In this document: one piece after another, positions 42,691 to 54,005 of the stretch
How the letters are laid out: the number at the start of each line of letters is the position of its first letter
Numbering within the stretch: the stretch's first letter is position 1
Origin: the human T2T-CHM13v2.0 reference genome, Homo sapiens
Assembly: GCF_009914755.1 (NCBI RefSeq)
Contig: NC_060937.1
Direction: 5' to 3' (one strand)
DNA: 64,000 nt
Program-made: the position numbers and the translations under genes
Notes under the pieces: generated by a model
Database searches by the model: none
The model's input: the letters and a program-made list of their open reading frames with translations, nothing else
Told to the model about the DNA's origin: nothing

Positions 42691-43443
42691 TTCAAGTGCC
42701 CAATCTCATATATAATTCCAAATAATGTTCCTACCTATGGTTGGAAATCCTTAGCCATATTATTAATCTATGAAACTTTATACAGGATTAAAAAAGAAAT
42801 CTCATGTCATGTAGAAGACTAATCACCTATACTGTTTTTAAAATTGTATTTTATCTTAGCCAGCTAATGTTGGCTCTCTGTAGGAGTTACATTTCTATAA
42901 ATAATCAATCAAGCATAACACAGAAAAGTTAATACTCAAAGGCAAGACAATTTCTAAACAGGCGATTTACCATTACTATGCAAATTCTCTAGCTCTAAGC
43001 CTTTAGTGAAGCAGAAGCTATTGTGTGAGGTTAGCTATCATCCTACACCACGCACTGAATTTATTGCAAGAGTAAGTGAAGTAACTTCATTTTCTATTGT
43101 AGCTCTGTTCATCTGTAATAATGCAAGAGTGATCCTTTGCACATAAACACATGGAGAAATTAATACATTATAAATAAGTACAGCAAAATCAATGTAGGTG
43201 AGTCATAAAACACAGGATTTAATGTTTGACAATTATTAGATATTTGAACTTATGATGAAATTTTCAATATATTATAACTTGAGCAGTGTTTTTTTCCTCT
43301 AAATTGAGTACATGTTAAAAAAGGGAATTCATTATTATGCTATGCTGGTAAACATTTCAGTAAAATAATTTTAGTCCATTGACAATGTTTGAATGACAAA
43401 CTGCAGGACTATAAAGATTTTGTGATTTATATACACACATATA

Positions 43444-43726
43444 TTAAGTTGGTGCAAAAGTAATTGCAGTTTTTGCCATTACTTTCAAATACAAAAAGTA
43501 ATTGTGGTTTTTGCCAATGAAAGTAATGGTATAATTTGTAAATAATTATGTTTTTACATACATGTAAATAATGTATAATAATGTATTACATACATGTAAA
43601 TAATGTAGTAATGCTATAATTTGTACATGCTTATGTATGTATTATGTAAATTGTATAATTTGTAAATGCTATCATTTGCCATTACTTTCAATGGAAAAAA
43701 TCGCAATTACTTTTGGATTAATCTAA
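43444..43726. mobile_element. Rearranged, expanded MADE1 (Hsmar1-derived MITE)
   Basis: TA + TTAAGTTGGTGCAAAAGTAATTGCAGTTTTTGCCATTACTTTCAA ... TTTGCCATTACTTTCAATGGAAAAAATCGCAATTACTTTTGGATTAATCTAA + TA, with a third partial copy at 43492-43529. Confidence 0.88.
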
Positions 43727-44352
43727 TAACATTTGTTGTGATTGTTTTCTAAACATATATAAACCACACTCTGTAACTCTTTTTTCTATCATGTGGACTT
43801 TTCTACAATATAAATAATATAGTGTGACAGATATACACTCTGTATACCACTCATAAATACATTGCATTATGCACACAAAAAATCTTTGTTTTACTGAGCT
43901 GAAGTCAATACATAGTTATTCCAAGACTCTTACACACCTGGGTTATGAATTTTATAATAAAAATCAATAATATCCTATTTAGAATGCTTACTTTGCTCCA
44001 TCAAAGTGCTCTGCAAATTTCAATTCACGAAATTCCAAGGGTATATTAAGGCATATTAGTGTGGTTTTATATAAGTCAGTAATTATATGTAAGTCAGTAA
44101 ATGAAAACATTTTTCTTGTTGGTCAATCTATTACCTTCGAGATTTATTCCAGGATCACCTGAAGAATTCCACAATAGTAGAAAACTGTCTGTATTAACAT
44201 ATACAACTGGATAAATTATTCCAAGGACATGCCATTAAAAATGTTGTGAACATAGATTTTATTAAACATAGAACATATGTATACATTGTACTCCTATAGA
44301 GTTAGGAAAACACAGACCATATATGTGCAGCTTGTTATAAAACCCAAACCTG

Positions 44353-44662
44353 GGCCAGGCACGGTGGCTCATGCCTGTAATCCCAGCCCTTTGGGAGGCT
44401 GAGGTGGGCAGATCACCTGAGGTCAGGAGTTTGAGACCACCCCGACCAACATGGTGAAACCCTGTCCCTACTAAAAATACAAAATTAGCTGGGCTTGGTG
44501 GCGCATGCCTGTAATCCCAACTACTCCGGAAGCTGACGCAGGAGAATCACCCGGACCCAGATGGCAGAGGTTTCAGTGAGTCAAGATGGTGCCATTGCAC
44601 TCCAGCATGAGTGACAAGAGTTAAACTCCATCTCAAAACAACAACAACAAAAACCAAGCCAA
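44353..44662 (+). mobile_element. AluSq/Sp-like
   Basis: GACCAACATGG and GACAAGAGTTAAACTCC diagnostics; (CAA)n tail. Confidence 0.92.
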
Positions 44663-46195
44663 AAAAACCCACCAAATCTGTGGTAATTTGTTATATTACT
44701 ACAGATTACCTTTGAAAAAATCTGATCATTAAATTGGCTATACATGTGAATGCCTAATAAATATATGTACACACTCATACATATATATGTAGGTGTTGCA
44801 CTTAAGGATAGTGTGCCAAAACAGATTCGATACTAAATTCAAGCAACCTGAGTAGTTACTATAGTGTATTGATAGTGAAAATGTTAAATATAATCACAAA
44901 AATAATTTAGAAATAGCTTATTTTCAACAATGAATCAAGGAGTGAAGAATATTTTCACCTTAGTTGATTGGATTACATCATGGTAAGATTCTTTGTGAAC
45001 CAGAACAAACAGAAATTAAAATTGACTTTTGCTGCCAATTTTAAAATTTCATAATACTGCACATGTAATATATGCTTATATATATATATAAAGATATGTA
45101 TATAAATATATAATGCATTCTCATATGATGGTCATTAGATGTAAAACCTGGGCCTACAGTTAGTCTTCAAATGTCTACAACTCACTAAGCACTCCTCTGG
45201 AGAGAACATGGACTATTCATGTTAATTAACTTTGATTGTTTGCATGCCCAAGGCTAGTGTCTTTATTCAACGAATACCTTTTGCTATGCATAGATAGAAA
45301 GACATTTTCTGGTAAGAACATACAGTCTAGAATAAAACAGATAGAAAATAACTTAGTATTACTTTAGGATGAGTCAGTGATTTTATAGGTAAAGTGAAGC
45401 AAAGCCCAAGGTATAAATTAATCCTTAATACCATTATATTGGCTTTAGTGGTACCACTCACTTACATTACCACTTCAATGAAATGTATCTAAACAACTTT
45501 CATGTTGTCTTTCAACATTTATGACGTATTTATTTATAACTAGTGTCAGAACATTTCATTGAAGTATTATAATATGGTTTATTGGTCCATCACCTTTTTC
45601 TCTCTTTCTAGAAAAAAACAAATATGACTATATGTTTAAAATCAAAGGGGAGGAAAAAAGAGTATAAGGCATTGACTAGTAGAACCTATTTTCTTTTTGA
45701 AAGAATTGTGCTGAAAACTTTAACATCTGTTGTGCTTGATTATTGGAGCTTTATTTTCATTGGCTTCTAAAATAATGCTGTTACATTCAAGCAAGTAGAT
45801 TAAATGTTATTAGCTTTAATACCTTTTAAAACAAGTAATCTGTTGAAACGATAATGGAATTTAAAGTAAGTACATTTGTTAAATTTGTTTTTACACTATT
45901 GTGTTTTCCCTGTTGGCCACATGAATCTCTAAACCCGACATTGCTAATTACAATTATCATATACAGTATATGTATATGTGATTAACTTCACACTACACTT
46001 AAGGCAGACATAAAGGTAACTGAAGAACTCCACTGTCATGTATAATTCTATGAAGGAATAATTCTCTTTGTTATTTTATTTGTCTTAGAAACAAGAAAGA
46101 TAGTTTTTTTCACATAAATTTATGAACCCATTAAAATAAAAAACGTAGACTGTAATGTTAATTTACTATGAGATGACAGGCATCTGGGTCTAATT

Positions 46196-46282
46196 AGGAA
46201 GAAGGAAGGAAGGAAGAAAGGCAAGAAAGAGAAAAGGAAGGAAAGAAGGAAAGAGAGGGAGGGATAGAGCAAGGGAAGAAAC
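46196..46282. repeat. GA-rich (GGAA-like) tract
   Basis: Read directly. Confidence 0.8.
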
Positions 46283-46932
46283 ATGGATGGGAAAGATCCT
46301 AGAGTAATCTTTCCAATTAATACACACCAATTTAGATTTTCAGTTACTTAGCTTTGAAGAATTAGCTCCACCGTCATACATGGTTAGAGGCAAAGTTTCA
46401 ATACTTCTTTTTGTGTCAAGACACCTGTCTTTTTACTTCAGTGCCAGAAGCGTTTAGCATCTTGTCACTGAAGAGACGCAGCCTGCACATTTATAGGTGT
46501 CACTCACTCTACCATCTGTTCCTTAGGATAACAGCCACCATTATCACCCAACCTCCACCTAAGGCTTTAACAATCTCTGTGGATTAAAGTTCAGATCTAC
46601 AAGGAAGAATGGCTGGCAGTAATGCTGCTGTTCAACTTTGCTTGACCTTAACTCTCCTGCTGTCAATACTGTATTGCAGCCTGTTAACTCTCTTTTTCAT
46701 CCTATGTGTATATTTCACTATAAAGTTCTTGATGTAGCAGTGAAACAATATAAGATCTTTTGCTCTGTTATTACCATTTTTGGTTCCCTTTTCACTTTCA
46801 GTTCACTGAAACACTCATGACTACATCTATAGTATCTTTAATAAATAAAGTTAAAGTGAATGAATCCTAATTAGATTTCAGTTCTGGTGTCACTAATCAG
46901 ACAGTTTCGCAAATGGAACTAACCCAAACGGA

Positions 46933-46941
46933 CACACACAG

Positions 46942-46982
<41 letters not shown>
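46933..46982. repeat. (CA)n microsatellite
   Basis: About 20 uninterrupted CA units at 46943-46982. Confidence 0.95.
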
Positions 46983-46984
<2 letters not shown>

Positions 46985-47105
46985 TTGAAATAAGAATGAA
47001 AAGGAGGAGATTGTGTTAAATGCCAGCAAATACAGGGTAATAAAGTATCTTAAGAATTTATTTAACATAATTTCACTTATTTTTCTTTTTAGTATAAAAT
47101 GAATA

Positions 47106-47339
47106 CAGTTTGATTATCTCTTCTCTAACATGCTTGGGACCAGAAGAGTTGTGTATTTGGAATTTGTTTAGTTTTTGAAATATTTGCATTATATACTGAC
47201 TGGATCAGCATCCCTAATCCAAAAATTCAAAATCCAAAATGCTTTGAACATTCTTTGAGAATCATGTCAATGCTTAAGAAAGTTTCCAATTTTGGAGCAT
47301 TTCAGATTTCCAGTTTTGGGATTTGGAATGCTCAATCTA
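47106..47339 (+). mobile_element. Tigger4a (MER46A/Zombi) MITE
   Basis: TA+CAGTTTGATTATC...ATGCTTGGGACCAGAAG...AGCATCCCTAATCCAAAAATTCAAAATCCAAAATGCT...TTTTGGAGCATTTCAGATTT...ATGCTCAATCTA. Confidence 0.88.
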
Positions 47340-48639
47340 TCATACTACATATAAATATAAGATAAATTGATTAACAAATACTTGTTGCTAACACCTTTAT
47401 GAAAGGTACTGCCTAACAAATAATTTATAAATAGCTTTAATTAATTAATTCCAGCCGATATATGACTGGGGGAAAATATCACAGTGCACCATATTCCCAT
47501 TCTTTTATTAATTTACTTTCTCTCTTTATTGTTGATATGATGCTTCCTGATTAGGAGTAGTATTTTTATGCCTGTTTTTATTTTGGTGGCTTTTCTTCTT
47601 TCTATATAAGATATTCTGCCACATTCAAATGAAAGAGAAAAGGGAGGGTGTTCTGTTTACTCATTGCCAATCAAACTAATAAAAATGTTTTGCAAAGATG
47701 GTAAAACATGATAATGCTGTCAATTTAAAGCAGCTCATTACAGATGGAGTGTTTGCACTCATTTTGTTCTACAACTGAACTTTTACTGTGGCTATAAAAC
47801 AGCATCTCTTTGTTACTACAAACACTGAATTCTGCTGAATCCTTTTGCTTTCCCCACTGATTTGTTTGTGTGCTCACTCGCTCATGGCTTTTGGAAGGAT
47901 TCATCTCCTCTCTCCTCTGGGAAGCAGTAACTGCTGCCCAGTAATGTTCTAGGATGGCTGTCTGCATGCTGCCTCCTCCATTTTATAGGCAATATTAGCA
48001 AGTTAACCCATGATTTTTCAACAAAATAGATAGTTTAGGATTTTGCTTAAGGATGATATTTCCATAAAAATTAGCACGGTGTTTGGAAGCATTTTCTACC
48101 AGTTTTCACTATCCCTTGGCTTAGGGGGCACTTGTGGCTATCATCTGCAGTTGGCTAGCACTTATATGTCATGCCCATTCCTGATCCATTTGAATGTGTG
48201 TGAAGAAAGCTTATTTATTCAGCCAGCTCCATTTATATACAGCATTGTGACATTTTTGTCATGTGTACAGAGGCTGGGGAAAAAGCAAAGTTGCAGACCC
48301 TTGTCTGTAAAACATGGAAGCCTACCATGGAACAACATGTCAAGGGGATATTCTCATTAATGCAGTGGTGTTACTTATACCTAATTAGTCTCTTTTGTTC
48401 AATTAGGACCAGTCATTTAAGCAGTACCCCAGTTTTCTGCTGATAGTGACAGCTTCCTCAAACTAGTTGGCTTCTCTGGTTTGAAAAATTAAATAAAAGT
48501 GTAACTGTGTTTTAGTTTGAGATGATATTGAGAAAAAGCAAACATAAAGCAATGTTTCTCATTTGATGGGTGCATAAGTAATAAACTGAAGAGAGATTTT
48601 TAGTAATATGCAGAATATAGGTTCATTCACTGTAGAGAA

Positions 48640-49170
48640 TTAATCCTTTCAACAAGTATCTGTTGAGCTTCTACCACACACTGTGAAAATGGTGAATAAA
48701 ATAGTTCTTGCCTTCAAGAAGCACAAAGCCTAGGAGATATAGACATATAAATACATAATTATATTAGATGTGTGTTATTAATATAAAATTGATAAAAGTG
48801 TATTAACGGTTGAAGAAGAAAATAATTAGCACATTAGGAGAAGTAGGGAAATGCTAGGCAAGATTATAAAAAAGAAGTAAATTTTGATTTCTGTGGCAGA
48901 TGAAGACTTTAAAAGATGGGTGAGCACTGGAGAAAAAAATTCTGTGCAATGATTGTAAGAGGTGAGAAAACAAAGCAGTGAAATAATACAGCTTATTAGA
49001 GGAATTTAAAGAACTTCAGTAGAGCTAGTTCATAGGTTGAGATAAGGAGAAAGAGTTAGGGAAGTGGACAAAGAAATAATTAAGGGGATAGTTCCACACC
49101 ATAATTAAGACTCTATCTCTCAGGTTACAGAGTTCTTTTGACTGGGAGTTATATTTTAAAATATGTGTTG
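48640..49170 (-). mobile_element. L2 fragment
   Basis: TTCAACAAGTATCTGTTGAGCTTCTAC...GGTGAATAAAATAGTTCTTGCCTTCAAGAAGC. Confidence 0.65.
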
Positions 49171-49941
49171 CTCACATTTTTTTTCTAGTATTCTAGACCA
49201 TTAGTTAGGCATTGCTCTAAAGACTTATTCAACCTACCCATATATAAATTTCATGGGGAAACTGGGGTTTCCCCGTGAAACCCCATTATCATCTTGGGGT
49301 TGATAATGATTTATGGTTATTTAAAAGTAATTTATACCCCATAATCTAAATATATGTAGGATTCCAATTAGACTCCAGCACTTTACCATAGTGACATAGT
49401 TCTTTCAGTTGTTCATCTTTGTCTGCTTTACGGTTATTAGAGAATAAATTCCTTATAGAACATAAAGTCCTAACCCTATAATAACAAACTTTCTAAGTAA
49501 ACCATCAGTGTAAATTTTAAAACAATTTCACATAAATTGTAAATGTAGATAAATCTCTAAGTGCAATCTCTATGTATGCTATGGCGAATAAAACACATGT
49601 GATACTTTCTTTAAAATAACTCAACGTTAAACCTCTACTATATGAAGACATGTCTTTCATTTGTACATAATATAATCTCCCATATTAATATGTTTGCATT
49701 TATAGAGTATGTGCATTTAAATAAAAACACATATTGCTTATTTTTTTAATATGGGACATCACTGTATATAGAAAAGAACAGAAAGTTGTAACTTTCAGCA
49801 GGGTCTTTAAAGCCTTTTCCTAGCTAAGCTGGAACCTATTTCTCTAGCCTCATCTACCAATCTTATCTGACTAAAACATGGTGTCCTCAGGTCATACACA
49901 CAGAATGCATTAAACAATGTGTTCTGTTTTTGTTTCTTGGG

Positions 49942-50075
49942 GTGTGTGTGTGTGTGTGTGTGTGTGTAAGAAAGGGAGGGAAGAAAAATAAGAAAAAATA
50001 GGGAAAGGAGGAAGAGAGCAAGAGAAAGATAAAAGAGGAGGAAGAAAATGACAGAGGATAAAAAGAGAGAAGAAA
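49942..50075. repeat. (GT)n microsatellite followed by a GA-rich tract
   Basis: Read directly. Confidence 0.85.
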
Positions 50076-50800
50076 GTCATCCTTGGGAGTTCAACAAAGT
50101 CAGTCATTTTTTCTTGTTTTTCCAAATATGGGCATTAAATATTTACTACACTCTTAACCAACACAAATACAATCCTATGAAATGTATGGCTTTCTCTGCA
50201 AAACCATTAGTTCTAAATATAATTTAACCATAACCTTCTAATAATTTTTGAACATTAAATGCCGTAAATAATTTGATTTAAAAATATCAACTTTTTATGG
50301 CCACTGATTTTCTTGATCCAAATGCGTCTTTAAGACAGTCCCTAATCCCATCTTCTCTTCCTTTGGTCTTCCTTTCTCCTCTGGAGTATATGCAGGCATA
50401 GGTGTGCACAGACACTGAATCTAGACAAAAGACTAATGTTCCAGAGATAAGTGGTTCACCTTTCCATGAAAATTAGAAAGAGAAAAAGTGGCTCCCCATG
50501 CATTTGTATAATAGGTAGGCCTATTTGAAATGATCTCTTGGCAATAGAGGAGTTATCCTGGAGGAAAGTTTTGCCTAACGGAAATCTACCCTGGGCAACT
50601 GACCTCAGGGCTGCTTCGTTCAATTTGCTTCATCTTCATCGCCTTCCCAATATCAAACATCTTCATCTTAGACCCACAATATTTTCTACCTGAAGAAGGT
50701 GCTTTTAATTTGAAATGCCTGGTATAGCACAGGCACAGAAAGAAAATGGCTCTGAATTATTAGAAATATTTGACTATATGATGCTTATTCCTGTTCCTCG

Positions 50801-51100
50801 TTTTTTTTTCTTTTTGAGACACAGTCTCACTCTGTCAGTTAGGCTTGAGTGCAGTGGCATGATCTCTGCTAATTGCAACATTTGCCTCCTGGGTTCAAGA
50901 ATTCTCATGCCTCAACATCCTGAGTAGCTGAGATTACAGCGCGTGCCACCAGGTCCAGTTAATTTTTTGTATTTTTAGTAGAGACGGGGTTTCATCACCT
51001 TAGCCAGGTTGGTCTCAAACTCTTGACCTCAAGTGATTGGCCTGCCTCGGCTGCCCAAAGTGCTTACAGGGATTACAGGCGTGAGCCACCACACCTGGCC
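50801..51100 (-). mobile_element. AluS (Sz-like)
   Basis: Full dimer with T tail; small TTACAGG duplication near 51064-51079. Confidence 0.92.
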
Positions 51101-51879
51101 TGCTACTCTTTATTAAGAGACTATTTTACTATGCTTTCTTTTATACATTTCATGACTTTAAACTCCCTTGTTCTCTAGAAGCTCTGTGATTTATGTCCAC
51201 ATATTGCTTTTTGCTAAGTTGGAAAGCGTTGGAGATAGTCTATGCGGTCAAGTGGTCAGGAAGGTAAGCATACTGACGGAACGAGGAAAAGCAGTCAGCC
51301 TGTTGTGGGGAGCCTGTCACACACATCATGCCAATGACAGATGGTGGGCAAAATGGAGACTGGGCATGATTGGTATCACTTAACAAAATCTTTCTGCATT
51401 GAGAGACTGTCACCAATAATCTATTTCCCTGATGAGTCACCTTATAAGCATATGATCTACTTTACTAGCAAGGTGTCCAATAAACTTGTGTTCCTCTAAT
51501 AGATAGCAATATTCAGTAATTAACTGCTAAGAACTATAAGGACCAGTATTAATTTCACTCATAAGTTATTCTCAGAGAATAAGAAATGTCTATATATTGT
51601 CTGTTTTGAGCTGCCCTTTAACACAACTTACGTTATTTAAGTTAAAACATTCAATCACTGATTTGTAATAAGGAACAATCAGTAATTTTAAATTATTTCT
51701 CTTAACTTTTGTCAAAACCTCACCTTCTGTTAAATGGCAATTTACAATGTCAGAAACCAGGTCAAAAAACTTTATGAGTCTCCTTAAAATGTGGGCTTTT
51801 GGCAATCTAATGACATCTTTAAAACTCCAGCCATCAGAGAGTTTTGTTGGTTAAATAATTTAACCATTGCCTGAGTCTG

Positions 51880-52595
51880 ACTGTATTCCACTACATCCAT
51901 CATACCATCTTGGCCCTGGTCAACTGGATGGGGACAGGAACTTGCTAGCTTCTCTACCTGCTTCCCTTCTTGCTGCCTCAGAGTATGTTTTCTACACAGA
52001 AGTCAGAGCCATCTTTTACAATTATAATCCATAGCCCCCTGCTTCCTTCCTCAAAATTCTCCATTGGTTTCACATAATATTTAGAATAAAATCCAAACTA
52101 TTTTTCATCGTCACCAAAGGTTACACTATTTCCCAGATGTTGCAATCCCTCTAACCACATAACTCTCTCAGTTCCACCCTTCTATCTATTCCCTGTAACA
52201 TAAACCCTGCCCTCTCACCCCCAGCCCGGGATCTATTTCTTCTTTCTGAAGTACTTTCTCTCATGTTGTTGAAAGAATCACTCCTCATTTCATCCAAGTC
52301 TTTGTTCAACTCCTCTTCAGCAAAACAATTCCTACCTATTCAAAATGAAATTTAACTTTGCCCTACCCCCACTAGCAATCATTTTGCACTTCATTCTATT
52401 TTTTTATCACTACCTGAAAATATATGATACATATATTTCTTTACTTGTTTATCATTTGTTTCCAGCACCCTCATGTAAGCACCAAGACCACAAGGCTTTG
52501 TCCGTCTTACTGACCATTAAAATCTCCAGTGCCTAGAATGGTCGCATTGTAGATAGATGCTCAAGCATATCCTCATACGCCAAATGGATAAATAA
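51880..52595 (+). mobile_element. L2a fragment including the 3' end
   Basis: CAGAAGTCAGAGCCATCTTTT...TTAGAATAAAATCCAAACT...TGTAAGCACCAAGAC...CTCCAGTGCCTAGAATGG...TAGATGCTCAA. Confidence 0.75.
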
Positions 52596-52774
52596 AAAGT
52601 ACTTTGCTAATCTAAAAATTTGTAGGTTAGGATTGCAGTCAGCAAGATGTCTCACTTGCATACTGATTTTGGTTGACTGCCTTAGTACATTTAAATCTAG
52701 CCAGAAATCTTGGTGAAAATCAATCTTTGATTTTATATCACAATATAAGTCAAATTGTTTTTTTTACAAACATA

Positions 52775-52950
52775 TTTAACAATCTCATTATTCCTAATTT
52801 TCCTCACTTAAAAAGAGGATAATAATGCTACCTATATTTTAGGGTTCTTGTGAAGATCAAACAAGCTGATACATGTCAAGCAGCTAGAAAAATGCTGGCA
52901 CATCCTAACTATTCAATAAATGTTACCTCTTGTTATTACTATTGTTATTT
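52775..52950 (+). mobile_element. MIR 3' part
   Basis: TTTCCTCACTTAAAAAGAGGATAATAATGCTACCT...AGGGTTCTTGTGAAGATCAAA...CTGGCACAT...TTCAATAAATGTTA. Confidence 0.7.
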
Positions 52951-53978
52951 AGTTCAGCTCAAACCAAAATGCATTTGGAGCATTTTCTTTCTTTCCTTTT
53001 TTTTTTTTTTTCGCCACAGCAAATATATTGTTCTTAACTAAAAATGTGTAGGCTGAAACCTCGAGGAGGGGGATGTAGGTCTGTATATATCCTCAGAACG
53101 TCACACATTGCCTGAAAAACAATAGATATTCAACAAATGCTAGTCAACTAAATTAATGAACATAATTGAAAATAAGCTTGAATTTTTCTAGTGAAGGTTA
53201 AGCAATAACATTATTTTGAATAATGAAAGCTCCTTTCACTGTACTGTGCTGGAATACCTAGAACTACGTGTAAAATGTAAGTAGTGACCAATAGAAAATA
53301 AGGTTACCTTAACTTCCTTTTTTCCTGTGTGTTCTAGGACAAAAGTATAGGCATTGCCAAGGTCAGAGAATCAAATGCTCATTGAGACTGATTAATAAAA
53401 TTACACTTACTGATATTTGCCCTGTAACAAATTTCCATCTTAAAGCAAAATGAAGTTTACATATTGCTGCAGGCATTGTGCAAATTAGAACTTCATTGAA
53501 TATTAATGAATTACTCTTTGTAGCCAATTGTTATGCAAATTACCAGAGTGTCAGAATTTATCATTTTATTTGGTTGAGGATTAAGGGGAAAATCTGCTTT
53601 CAAAATCAAGCAGAACTCTACACAAACTAATATGTGAATTCAAGAAAGAAAATGTTATAGAATTTCTGAATGTTCAGGATTAACTATCAGTTTTTGGTTA
53701 TTTAAAAAATATTAATCTATGTACGTTCTTCAAATTGCAGAAAGGTTAAGATATATTATTAAGCAAGTGGAGAGTAATCTTGTGGCTTTTTGAAAATCTT
53801 TAGAACATTAAAAAAATCTATACAGCATGTCTTTCTACAAATAATATAAAATCACTATAATCATTCTAAAAGTAGTTTAAACTGCATACTCAACAAATTC
53901 CAAATCAGGATAAGAAATGTATATATTAATGTGTATGTTGAATTTCTAATTTTCATTGCATGTAGACCAGGTGTTTTT

Positions 53979-54005
53979 CTGTTTGTTTGTTTGTTTGTTT
54001 GTTTT
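53979..54005. repeat. (TTTG)n
   Basis: Read directly. Confidence 0.85.
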
